Positions 49,815 through 59,786 of a stretch of 64,000 nucleotides of DNA are shown here, in pieces (within the stretch, counting starts at the first letter, position 1; every line of letters starts with the position of its first letter). Where the stretch lies: positions 160,001 through 224,000 of the forward strand of contig CAWCPV010000005.1 of NCBI GenBank assembly GCA_963797555.1, in the 5' to 3' direction. Under the pieces are notes generated by a model. That model was not told where the DNA came from. It worked only from the letters and a program-made list of their open reading frames with translations, and made no database searches. The position numbers and the translations under genes are program-made. Origin of the DNA: an uncultured Gammaproteobacteria bacterium (lineage in GTDB: Bacteria; Pseudomonadota; Gammaproteobacteria; CAWCPV01).

Positions 49815-50975
49815 TGCGTATTCCACGCAAATCGATCGCCTGGTCCACGGCAAAGTGATCACCCAGACCGGTGAAACCGATCGGTGGTCGGAGCGAAGCG
49901 ACGCAGGGCCGTTCACTTTTACTGCAACTGAGCGGTTTGGGTCAAGGGTGAGCGTTTCTTTCGCATCGAGTCTCCTTTGAGAGTGAGCTTGTAGGCGTTG
50001 TGGACCAAGCGGTCCAGGATGGCATCGGCGAGCGTGGGGTCGCCGAGGCGCTCGTGCCAGTGCTCCACGGGGAGCTGACTGGTGACCAGGGTGGAGCGCA
50101 GGCCGTGGCGGTCATCGAGTAGCTCCAACAGATCGCGGCGGTGCTCCTCGGTCAGCTTGGCGAGCCCCCAGTCGTCGAGCACCAGGACATCCACTTTGGC
50201 AAGGCTGGTAAGCAATGCTCCGTAACGCCCATCGCCGCGGGCGAGCGAGAGGTCCTGGAGCAGTCGCGGCAGACGCTGGTAGAGCGCGCTGTGGCCTTCT
50301 CGGCACGCCTTGTGGGCGAGTGCGCAGGCGAGATAGCTCTTGCCCACCCCCGTGGGACCGGTGATCAGCACATTGAGGTGCTCGTCCACCCAGCGGCAGG
50401 AGGCGAGAGTGGCCATCAGCGCCTTGTCCAGCCCCCGCGGGGCGCGGTAGTCGATGTCCTCCACGCAGGCGCTCCTCGAAGCAGAGCGCCTCGATGTCCG
50501 GGGTATGCTGTTGGTCCTGCCTTCAGCATGCCGTTGAGCCGCAGGGCGGAGAGTTTCTCTAGGGTGGGATGAGTGAGCATCTCGGAGGTCCTCTTCAGTG
50601 GTAGTACTCGGGGCCGCGCAGGTTGGGATGCGCAGGCGTCGCGGCGGAGCCTTCGCAGGCGGGCAGGCCCTGGCGGTCCAGACCGTGGTGCAGGATGGCC
50701 TTGAGGCTCTTGAAGCTCAGGCCCCCGATGGCGAGCGCCCGCCGGCAGGCGGCCTCCAGGCGCTCGGCGCCGTAGTCTTTGCCCAGGCGCATGATGCCCA
50801 GACACGACCGAAAGCCCTGTTGGGGGTGGGGGCGGCGGGCGAGGATCGCCTCCACCACCTGGGCGGTCGCCGGTCCGGTCTTGGCCGCCCAGCCGATGAG
50901 CCGCTGCGGGCTCCAGCCCGCGTATTGCCGATGGGCCTGGGGCATGTGCTCGGACAGCGTGGTGTGGCGGCCTGG
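49815..50975 (-). mobile_element. IS21-family right part: istA C-terminus (50595-~50975), istB (49919-50580, internal deletion), right end
   Basis: [11 protein letters not shown]; [20 protein letters not shown]; TGCGTATTCC end with repeats. Confidence 0.9.
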
Positions 50976-50994
50976 GTGGGGACTTCGGCGATGG

Positions 50995-51690
50995 CTCGGG
51001 TCGGGGTGCGGTATTGGATGCGCACATGGGTGTAGTGCCCGTCGATGTGCCGTTGGAAGTGCCGGGCGAGGAAGCTTGAGCCGTTGTCGGTCACCAAGAA
51101 CGGGGGCTTCGCCAGGGGTCCGTGCAGCCGCTCGGCTTCGGCGCGGGCGCTATCGAGGGCGGCGGCGACCTCCGGCGCGCTGTAGCTGGCCGTGAAGTGA
51201 CAGGCAAGCAGGTAACGCGAGTAGTAGTCGATGACGGTGACCGCGTACCACCACCCGTGTCCCGGGATGTGCAGATAAGTGACATCGGCCTGCCACAGCT
51301 CGTTCGGCTTGGAGGGCAGCAGCTCGAACAGACGCGCCGCCTGATACAGTGCCGCTTCGCGTACCCGGCGCTTTTGCAACAGCCCGGCGGCCTTGAACAC
51401 CCGGTAGACCACCTTGTTGCTCACTGCCAAACCCTGGCGACGCGCGACTACTGCGATACGCTTGTATCCCCACCACGGGTAGCGTTCGGCCAGGGCTCTT
51501 CAGGCACTGGCTTCGGCTTGCGCCCAGGCTTTTTGGGCTCGGTGGCTCGCCCTGCATACCACACCGAGCGGGCAATGCCCAAGGCTCTCAGCACCCCAGA
51601 GAGCCGAGCCACAGGATTCGCCGCGCAGGCCTCCGTGACCATGGTGCGCACCGCCTCGGTCAGCTCGAGCCGCCCGAGAGTTGTTTTAAA
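50995..51690 (-). pseudogene. IS3/IS481-type rve transposase fragment
   Basis: PNELWQADVTY, IDYYSR, TDNGSSF. Confidence 0.82.
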
Positions 51691-51842
51691 ATCCGGTTGG
51701 CGATGGTGGAGCTCGCACTACAGCCTCGCCCCTCATCCCACTCTCGCCACTTGAGACGTTCATGTTATTGTGCATAGGTGCCTAAGCTCTACCAGGGCAG
51801 CCCTCTCAGGCTGCTGAATTCCATGCGCTTGCAAGGTGCAAC

Positions 51843-52075
51843 TCCCACAGCACCCCGCATGCGGATCCGCACGGGGCGCTTCCTTCGGATGGTAAAGGGT
51901 CACCCGAGGATGACGACCTCCAACGCTGGCTACGGCACGAACCGCCAAGACCGTTTCACCCGGTCGGGTGCGCCTACGGCCGTTGAGGCCCTCCCGTCTC
52001 TCTCGTTGCCGAAGGTTCGGGCCTTCACCGTGTCCTACCCATGACGGGGGCGTTTGGCGTTACGCCCTCGACTGA
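51843..52075 (-). ncRNA. ORF-less group IIC intron remnant (approx. D2-D5)
   Basis: Minus-strand D5 gaagcgccccgtgcggatccgcatgcggggtgctgtggg with CGC triad; D3-like ggtgaaggcccgaac upstream. Confidence 0.68.
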
Positions 52076-52189
52076 GAGCCTGTGAATTTATCGAATCTCG
52101 GCTGCTCGGGTGAGAAAAATCGCTGCTCACGGGGAAGATGCCGAGAGAATATTAGCGAACCATGATACAGCTCTTGATGTGCTCGGGGG

Positions 52190-54142
52190 TCAAACTTTGA
52201 CAGGAGCTACGCACATGGGTGCTGCAACACGAGGCGCGACAAGGGTTTGCCGCATTGCAGCAAAAGAGGCGTGTATCTAGGCCCTCAGCGCAGATCGAGG
52301 ACCGGTGGGGGATTCTTGATTCCGAGTGCTTTCAGGCGCTTAGCGGCTGCCGGAGTCGGTTCGGTGACCTGCCAGACGGTGCCATTGGGGCTCAACAATT
52401 GTGCGAGCTTGATGTGCTTGAGGTCATCGCGGAGGTTGCGCCAGGTGTCGGCGCAGGCGTGCTCGGCCACCCGCTCGAGCAGCAGGGCCAAGACGCTCAG
52501 GGCCACGTGGGCATGGATGCGGTGCACCGCCCAGTGGTAGACGGGCCGAAGCTTCAGCCCGCTCTTCAAGGTGCGCCACGCCTCCTCCACCCGCGCGAGC
52601 TGCTTGTAGCCGAGCGCCAGGTCTTCGGGGGAGAGCGTGTCGTCGTTGCTGGTGACCACGAACTTGCCATCCAAGCGCGCCTCGGCCTTGATCCTGGCGG
52701 GGTCGAGCAGGGGATGGCCGGTGGCGCTACGCTTCAAGTAGCGACCGAAGCGCCCACTGTTGAGCAACGCACAGGCCCGCTTGCTCTGGCCCTCGCCTGG
52801 ACTCTCGCGCAGGCTCGCGAGCTCTGCCTCCAGTTCCGTCAAGAGCTCGGCGCGGTGCGCTCGGCTGCGCTCGGCCTCCTGCGGGTTGTGGCAGACGATG
52901 TAGCGTCGGCGCTGCTCGCCGACCACGACCTCCTTCACCCGCAGGTTCTGCGCGACCGGATGGTAGCGCCCGGGACGGGCGAGCACCTCGCGGGTGACCT
53001 CATCGCCGCGGCGCATGGGCACGCACACGATGTACTTGCCCCCACCGCGGGCGAGCGCTTGGAGGTTGGCCTGCGAGACCATCCCGGCATCGCCCACGAA
53101 CAGACAGCGCGAGAGCTGCCAGCCCTTGAGATCGCGCTTCACCTGCTCGACGGTGCGGACATCCACCGTGTTGCCGGGGAACACCCAGTGGCGCACCGGG
53201 AAGCCGTCGCGGGTGACCGCGAGCCCGACCACGATTCTCGCGCGCATCGCCGCGCCCGTTCTTGCTGTTGCCGCGCTTCCTCGGCGCCGCGTACGGCTTG
53301 GCCCCTCTGCCGCCGCGGATCCTCGCACAACATCGTCCGGCCCCACCCCTCGGTCCTCCTCATCGACCTCGAAGTGCAGGCTGGTCGTGTCGTAGAAGAC
53401 GAGATCGACATCGAGGTTCAAGAGGTCCGCCAAGCGGAAGTAGATGGCCCGCTCGATGGTCGCCTTCTCGGTTTCCAGGAAGTCCATCGCCCGGTACAGA
53501 TGCTGCAACTCCAGTCGCTCGGTCTGTCCGATGCGCACCTCCTCGGCTAGCCACTGGCTGAAGCAGTAGAGCTTGGAGGCCGGAGCACAGGCGCGGTTCG
53601 CCACCATCGCGAACAGCGCCCGCTCCACCGAGAAGTCGAAACGGCGTCCTCCGACGACCTCCTCGATCACTTCGGCGATCCCAAGGCGTGCCCACAGCGC
53701 CTCCAGCACGTAGACCTCCCCGTAAGGCCAGGCGTTGACCACCTGCCAGCCCGGGTGCTCGGCCACGATGTCCTCGGGCGCGGCACGGCGCAGGATGCTC
53801 CGAGCGAGCCGGCGCAGCCGCTCGGTCACCTCGGGGGCTTCGGCACGCCCACAGTTATAGACGATGCGCGTCTCGGAGCGGCCCTTGTCCGGGTTCCAGA
53901 CGCTCTCGGCGAGCTGCAGGTGGGTGATCACCGAGCCGTCGGCGCGCTTCTGGTGGGTCTCGCGCAAGTACATGTGCGCAACTATACATGCATCACTAAG
54001 TACACATCAATGACAAGCTAACATTCCATGTATCTATGCATTTGGCGGCATGCGAGCGCCCGCTCACCGCTAACCCGTTGATCCGCGGAACCCCGAACTC
54101 AACGTCCACCCCATCGATGTATTGGTAACTGTCAAAGTCGGG
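52190..54142 (-). mobile_element. IS1634-family element, transposase 52285-53973
   Basis: VFYDTTSLHFE, GNTVD, VGDAG, VEEAWRTLK, LRPVYH; inverted ctttgacag ends. Confidence 0.9.
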
Positions 54143-54505
54143 CCTGGGCAAACGGTTGGGGAAGTTCGGCCTGAGTCTGGAGCCGAGCAAGACCAAGCTC
54201 GTCGAGTTCGGTCGTTATGCCAGTATGCGAGCAAGCGGGGGAGGAGGCGTCCTGGGCTTCACCTTCTACTGCACGCGCAACCAAAAGGGCCACTTCAAGG
54301 TGGGGCTGCGGACCGAGAAGACTCGGCTGCAGCGCAGTCTGACCCGCCTGCGCGACCTGATGCGCCGGATGTGGCACTTGCCGGTGCACGAGCAGGTCGC
54401 CAACTCAACCGGGTGTTACGGGGCCACTTCGCGGACTCAGACATCGCCGGGAACTTCCGGGCCTTGCAGCAAGTGCATCGGTTCGTCGAACGGTACTGGC
54501 ACAAG
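54143..54505 (+). pseudogene. Class-E-like RT C-terminal fragment
   Basis: GKFGLSLEPSKTKLVEFGRY..GFTFYCTRNQKGHFKV; near-identical to 28570-28850. Confidence 0.85.
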
Positions 54506-54589
54506 GGGTCACCCCCACCCGGTCCAACTCCTTCCTGCTCACACTCAAGACCTCCTCTGCCAACGCCTAACCCCCACGGTTGCCACCAA

Positions 54590-54641
54590 AAGGGGACATT
54601 TCTACCTTGCACAGGGGGGACATTACTACGTTGGACTAACG
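54590..54641 (+). mobile_element. ISNCY/IS481-like right end
   Basis: Tandem ggggacatttctac/ggggacattactac repeats. Confidence 0.5.
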
Positions 54642-54824
54642 CCGGCGCCGGAGGGTCTTGCCGCTTGTACGCGGCTTTGGTATAAAGATCAACCCGCGGT
54701 TTGTTCGCGGTGGGTCTCCGTGGTGGGGAAGACCCTGACGAGACGATCACCGGGTCGTGGTGTTATGTTTTTCGCCGAAAAACTCGACGATCCTGAAACG
54801 GATACGGTTGGAGAGGAGCACACT

Positions 54825-55010
54825 ATGTCACTGGGCATCTATCTCTACCTCACAACGACGGTTCTGGCGGGCAACTTCATCCTGTCTACGATGTGCAGTC
54901 CGTTCTGTTCTCCCAGACAGAGGAACGTCCTGCGCAGCCTGTTCGCCCTAGGGCTTGTCGGCGTGACTAGCCTCGGATACTCACTGTACGGGGCAGATCT
55001 CATGCACTGA
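54825..55010 (+). CDS. Small two-TM hypothetical protein (61 aa)
   Basis: RBS GAGGAG, ATG, two hydrophobic segments. Confidence 0.5.
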   Translation: MSLGIYLYLTTTVLAGNFILSTMCSPFCSPRQRNVLRSLFALGLVGVTSLGYSLYGADLMH

Positions 55011-55123
55011 TCATCTCACCCCTGCGCCACGGACGGCTCTCGACATCTCTTGGGGGTTGTGAAACCGAGCCCCGTTACGTGCCGACTGTGGGTGCGGGCC
55101 GAGGAATGAACGTCGGCGCCGGC

Positions 55124-55678
55124 TCAGTGGGTATCCAGGCGCCCAAGTTCTTCTACGATCATAAGAACCAATTGTTTGCCCTGAGCCGTCATCCCCTTGG
55201 AGAGTCTGTCGGGGTCCCGCTCCCCGTTGATCAGGGGCCGGATGGCGGCACCCAGGCGGGACATGTCCCCAGGCACCTTGCTCGTCTGTTCTGCCATTCC
55301 GGCAACGATTTGCAGGGCTTTGCTGTTACCGCGCGCCGCCGCGTGGATCGCCGCGGCCAAGCCGGGCGCGGCGAGTGCGGGATCCGGCTCGAAGCGGGGG
55401 TCCGGCAGCGCGGATGGATCCTGCAAGCCCTGCAGGATCGCCTCCGCGATGACGGTGTCCTCTTCATCCAGTCTGCTCAGGACTGTTCGATCCCTCGTGC
55501 CAGCGAGGATCAGGCGGATCGCCCCTACCAGTTCCGTCCAGCCGTTGTCCGCGGAGAACTTCAGCGCCTTTTCGATCTCTGGCCGCAGTTCGGGTCGGTG
55601 ATACGCCATGACTACGCCGTGGACCAGCCAGGCGTGGGCTTGGAGTATCTGCTGCCTCTTGTCAGGGAAGTGCGGCAT
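55124..55678 (-). CDS. Hypothetical helical protein
   Basis: 184 aa with internal repeat IRLILAGTRD/IRPLINGERD. Confidence 0.7.
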   Translation of the reverse strand: MPHFPDKRQQILQAHAWLVHGVVMAYHRPELRPEIEKALKFSADNGWTELVGAIRLILAGTRDRTVLSRLDEEDTVIAEAILQGLQDPSALPDPRFEPDPALAAPGLAAAIHAAARGNSKALQIVAGMAEQTSKVPGDMSRLGAAIRPLINGERDPDRLSKGMTAQGKQLVLMIVEELGRLDTH

Positions 55679-55767
55679 TCACGGGTTGTCTTTGGCAGGT
55701 CGATGGCAACATCGAAGGCCCGGATGCCCGGAGACGACGGTGCCCCTCAGTGCGCCTCCGCGGGTAG

Positions 55768-56871
55768 CTAACTCCGTGACCCGCGCAGATGCGTGACGGA
55801 TACCAACGCTCGAAACTCCAACGACTCGCCGTTACGCCATACCTCTAACTTGACCTTGGTACCGATGTTGGACAAACCGATCCGATTACGGAGATCGGCT
55901 GCACCACGCACTGCGTGTCCGTTAACTGCAAGAATAACGTCACCGATGCGCAGCCCGGCCTGAGCACCCCCGAGCCCGCTCTGAACTTGGGTGATGACGG
56001 CGCCCTGCGCTGGTCCGATGCCGAGCGAGCGGGCCATATCCGGCGTTACGGAACGTACCGCGATGCCCAGCCGACCGCGGCGCACCGTACCGTCCGTGGC
56101 CAACTGCCCTACTACCGCCCGCACCATATTAATCGGTATGGCGAAGCCGATGCCCACGTTGCCACCCGCCGGAGCCAATATCGCTGCGTTCAGCCCCACC
56201 AGGTTACCACGCAGATTGACCAACGCACCGCCAGAGTTCCCGGGGTTGATCGATGCGTCCGTCTGAATGAAGTCCTCGTACCCATCGAGCCCGAGCCCAC
56301 TGCGACCAAGAGCGCTGACGATCCCGGAGGTTACAGACTGCCCTAGTCCAAAGGGACTGCCGATGGCGACCACGAAATCCCCGACTCGAAGACTGTCCGA
56401 ATCCCCAAGAGGAATGGCAGTCAGTCTATCGGCTCGGATCATAAGCAGGGCGATGTCTGTGTCCTTGTCCTTGCCGACGAGCTGAGCAGGGAGCTTCCGC
56501 CCGTCCTGCAATGTGACAGTGATGTCACGGGCATTCTCCACGACATGGTAGTCGGTGACAATGTAGCCCCGCTCGGTATCTACGATGACGCCTGACCCCA
56601 GACTCTGGGAGTTGAGTTCGCGGCCCCGCTCGGGGGCATACGGATAGCCGAAACGCGGACTCCCAAACATGGGATACTGTGGCAGCGCAACATACTCCCA
56701 GTCTCGGGCTGCTACATTGACCACCGCCGGCAAGACTTTTTCCAGCATCGGGGCCAGGGTGGGCATCTCCGCGCCGGAACTGGCGGGTACCGCGCCCAGC
56801 GCCGCGTTGGTCGACATCCCCGCCGGCAGGGCCGTCACCAAGGCGACGACCAATGCAACGAGTCGGTTCAT
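55768..56871 (-). CDS. DegQ/HtrA serine protease with one PDZ domain
   Basis: GSGVI, DIAL, QTDASINPGNSGGAL. Confidence 0.93.
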   Translation of the reverse strand: MNRLVALVVALVTALPAGMSTNAALGAVPASSGAEMPTLAPMLEKVLPAVVNVAARDWEYVALPQYPMFGSPRFGYPYAPERGRELNSQSLGSGVIVDTERGYIVTDYHVVENARDITVTLQDGRKLPAQLVGKDKDTDIALLMIRADRLTAIPLGDSDSLRVGDFVVAIGSPFGLGQSVTSGIVSALGRSGLGLDGYEDFIQTDASINPGNSGGALVNLRGNLVGLNAAILAPAGGNVGIGFAIPINMVRAVVGQLATDGTVRRGRLGIAVRSVTPDMARSLGIGPAQGAVITQVQSGLGGAQAGLRIGDVILAVNGHAVRGAADLRNRIGLSNIGTKVKLEVWRNGESLEFRALVSVTHLRGSRS

Positions 56872-56878
56872 GGCAGCG

Positions 56879-57382
56879 TCAGCCCCGTTCCACCGGTATG
56901 CGTCGGAGGCCCGCCTCCTGCGCCTTGGGTAAAGTAATCTGGAGCACTCCGCGCTTGTAGCTGGCACGTGCGCCTGTCTCCCGCACTACCGTCGGCAGAG
57001 GAATCGCGCGCTCGAACCTGCCGTATGCGCACTCCAAGACGTGGTAGCGGCCGTCCTCGGCGCTTCGCTCCATGACCTTCTCTCCGCGGACCACCAGCAT
57101 ATCGCCCGCCGTCTGGATCTCGAAATCGTCGCCCCGCATTCCGGCGATCTCGAGCTTTACCACGATGTCCGAGCCCTGCTCAATGACTTCCGCCGGCAGC
57201 AGTCCCCAGCGCACCGCGCTCTGCGTTACTTGGTCGTTCGCGGATTGTGCTGCGCTGCGGCGGTTCGAGGGCTGGAAGTGCGTGAGAGCATGAGCAGCCC
57301 GGGATCGGAGATGGCTCCAGCCCTCCGCCAGCGTCTCCCAGGCCCGTGTCAACCCCTCCCGCAACTGACTCAAGGTTGCCAT
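56879..57382 (-). CDS. Hsp20 small heat-shock protein
   Basis: ECAYGRFERAIPLP, YKRGVLQITLPK. Confidence 0.92.
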   Translation of the reverse strand: MATLSQLREGLTRAWETLAEGWSHLRSRAAHALTHFQPSNRRSAAQSANDQVTQSAVRWGLLPAEVIEQGSDIVVKLEIAGMRGDDFEIQTAGDMLVVRGEKVMERSAEDGRYHVLECAYGRFERAIPLPTVVRETGARASYKRGVLQITLPKAQEAGLRRIPVERG

Positions 57383-57566
57383 TGCGCTCTTCCTTCTGTA
57401 CCGATGCAGGCACCCGGTCGGTGTGCCTATGGGCCCCCGCTCCACGCTCGCATTGCGTGCGTGCGATGCCCTCTCGCTTATTCAGTATAGCCCACTGCAG
57501 CGCGGCTGCCCGAGGTTCCCGCGGCAAGGGCACAGACGCTCGCGCTGCGTCCGCCAGCGCACCCAG

Positions 57567-57878
57567 TTACCCCTCATCTTCCAGTGCACTCAACCGGCTC
57601 CTCAAGACCCGCAGCTCGTCCAGCAGTTCCAGCGCCAGGGCGACACCAGCCAGGTTGATGTGTAGGTCACGCTGCAGCCGAATACTCATGAGTAAACGCG
57701 GCAGCTCATTGGCCGGAAAGTGCCACGTCATCGGTGAGGAGCCGAGCGGGTCGAGCAGGCCTTCCTCCACCATGGCGATGAGGTCCTCGGCACAAAGACC
57801 GCTGATGCGGCACATGTCGGCCAGACTGAGGACTACGCCCTCGTCAAGGACCACACCGGTTATGAGCGTAGTGGTCAC
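57567..57878 (-). CDS. cbpM: Chaperone modulator CbpM
   Basis: MVEEGLLDP, RLQRDLHINLAGVALALELLDE; directly after cbpA. Confidence 0.9.
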   Translation of the reverse strand: MTTTLITGVVLDEGVVLSLADMCRISGLCAEDLIAMVEEGLLDPLGSSPMTWHFPANELPRLLMSIRLQRDLHINLAGVALALELLDELRVLRSRLSALEDEG

Positions 57879-57879
57879 G

Positions 57880-58827
57880 TTACTCGTCAAGCTCGGCTCG
57901 CGGGTTGAATGGCATAGTACGGGCCATGGTCCGATAGAACTCTCGCTTGGCGTCGCTGTCGGCCGGTGGGGTGACGATCTGCAGGACGACATACTGGTCG
58001 CCCGGTGTTCTGCCGGGCAGCCCACGGTGGCGCAGCCGCAGCTTCTGCCCCGAGCGAGCGCCCGGTGGAATCCTCAGGTGCACCTGTCCTCCCAGGGTGG
58101 GAACTGCAATGCGGGCGCCGAGCGCGGCCTCCCAAGGCGTGACTGGAAGCTCGAAGCGCAGGTCCCTCCCGTCCACACGGTACTGAGGGTGGGGTTGGAG
58201 GTCGACTTCCAGATAAAGGTCGCCCGCGGGTCCGCCCCCGAGCCCCGGACCGCCCTGGCCCGGCAGTCGGATTCGTTGCCCCTGTGTGACGCCGGCAGGG
58301 ACACGGATCTGCAACGAACGGGGACGCATGATGATCCGTCCCTGATCGTCCATCTCCGGAACCTGTAAGTGCACAGTCCGGCTAGCCCCGTGGTATGCGT
58401 CTTCCAGAGTGAGGGAGAGCTTCGCGTGCTGGTCATCGCCCGGTGCCCTGAAGTGCGTGCGTCGTGCGCCTCCATGGGCAGTATCTGCGTCCCGTCCGAA
58501 CAGCGCTTCGAAGAAATCGCTGAAATGATGCGCCCCGCGAGTGAAGCCCCCTCTGCCGAAGTCGACCTCGGCCTCCCATCCCGGCGGGGGCCGGAACTCG
58601 TGGCCCGCCCTCCACTCGGTGCCCAGTTGTTCATAGGCGGTGCGTTTCTGCGGGTCCTTGAGGACCTCGTAAGCCTCCGCGACCTCTTTGAAGCGAGCCT
58701 CCGCGTCCGGTTCCTTGCTGACGTCGGGATGATACTTGCGCGCAAGCTTCCGGTAAGCTCGCTTGATTTCGTCCGGCGAGGCCTCGCGAGGTACGCCCAG
58801 TATCTGGTAGTAGTCCTTGTATTCCAT
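57880..58827 (-). CDS. cbpA: DnaJ-class protein CbpA
   Basis: MEYKDYY, HPD, no Zn finger, [14 protein letters not shown]. Confidence 0.92.
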   Translation of the reverse strand: MEYKDYYQILGVPREASPDEIKRAYRKLARKYHPDVSKEPDAEARFKEVAEAYEVLKDPQKRTAYEQLGTEWRAGHEFRPPPGWEAEVDFGRGGFTRGAHHFSDFFEALFGRDADTAHGGARRTHFRAPGDDQHAKLSLTLEDAYHGASRTVHLQVPEMDDQGRIIMRPRSLQIRVPAGVTQGQRIRLPGQGGPGLGGGPAGDLYLEVDLQPHPQYRVDGRDLRFELPVTPWEAALGARIAVPTLGGQVHLRIPPGARSGQKLRLRHRGLPGRTPGDQYVVLQIVTPPADSDAKREFYRTMARTMPFNPRAELDE

Positions 58828-59049
58828 TGAACGGTATCAGCGGGCGCTTCGTGCGAGAGCCTCTGAATACACCTGCCGCGCGCCCTGATGGCGGCGTCGC
58901 GCGACGCTCGCTCGTCGCCTATCTACATTCATAATGTCTCGGCCCTTTGCCCCTGCAGCCTCGCTTTCCGCCCGCTCGCGACGATTTCACCACAGGCTCT
59001 GACATAGAGGGCGGCATGGCCGCCGCCCCCTGCTGCCAGCCGCAGTTTG

Positions 59050-59502
59050 TTAGTCAGACGACTCGACGGAGATCTTTCGGGGCTGCACCCGCTCATGCTT
59101 GGGGATCACGACCTCCAGTACGCCGTTCCTAGTCTTTGCGCTAATCCGGTCAGCTTCGGCCGTGTCCGGAAGCGTAAAACGCCGATAGAAGGTCCCGCGC
59201 ACCCGCTCCATACGCGTGTAGCCCTCGCGCTCTTCAGTGGCCTCTTCGGCGCGCTCACCCTTGATGGTCAGTACTCCGTTCTCCATGGTGATCTCGACGT
59301 CCTTGGGATTGACCCCAGGGACGTTGGCGAATAGGACGAAGCGGTCGGACTCTTCTTTGATGTCGACCGCCGGGACCCACTCGCTGGTCACCACGTTCGA
59401 GACATCACCCCCGCCGCGTGCCAAGCGACTCTCGAATACCTTATTCATCTCGTCCCGGAGTTGGTCGAGCACGCGAAACGGGTCATAGGGGATCAATGCC
59501 AT
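59050..59502 (-). CDS. Hsp20 small heat-shock protein
   Basis: WVPAVDIKE, GTFYRRFTLP, NGVLEVVIPK. Confidence 0.95.
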   Translation of the reverse strand: MALIPYDPFRVLDQLRDEMNKVFESRLARGGGDVSNVVTSEWVPAVDIKEESDRFVLFANVPGVNPKDVEITMENGVLTIKGERAEEATEEREGYTRMERVRGTFYRRFTLPDTAEADRISAKTRNGVLEVVIPKHERVQPRKISVESSD

Positions 59503-59586
59503 GACATACCCTCCATACTAGTAGACAAGAATGGAATGCGACACGACCTTAGACGGCGCCATGACTGCTCCAGGTCGTTGAGCGTC

Positions 59587-59615
59587 AAATGGAGTCGTGT
59601 CGCTGGCGTTTCAAG
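59587..59615 (-). promoter_or_regulatory. sigma32 (RpoH) promoter
   Basis: CTTGAAA-14 nt-CTCCATTT upstream of hsp20. Confidence 0.75.
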
Positions 59616-59786
59616 GCCCCGCGACGACGAGCATCGGCCGCTATATTTGTGCACCTCACGGAACCGGTTATCATGTTGCCAGCAGTGCTGTTTACGCTGA
59701 CTCCCGGCGGCGGCGCCGAGTTGGCTTGGAACGACTGGCCGTTCTTTCCCGCCTCATCTCCAGGAGCGACGTGGAGCTATTCGCTA

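Noticed and set aside
52074-52190. Possible additional IS end (gagagcctgtgaattt...)
   Set aside because: No partner repeat or transposase in the window; too weak to call.
54156-55010. 284-aa RT-membrane fusion ORF
   Set aside because: Chance read-through across an RT fragment, an IS end and a small gene that has its own RBS.
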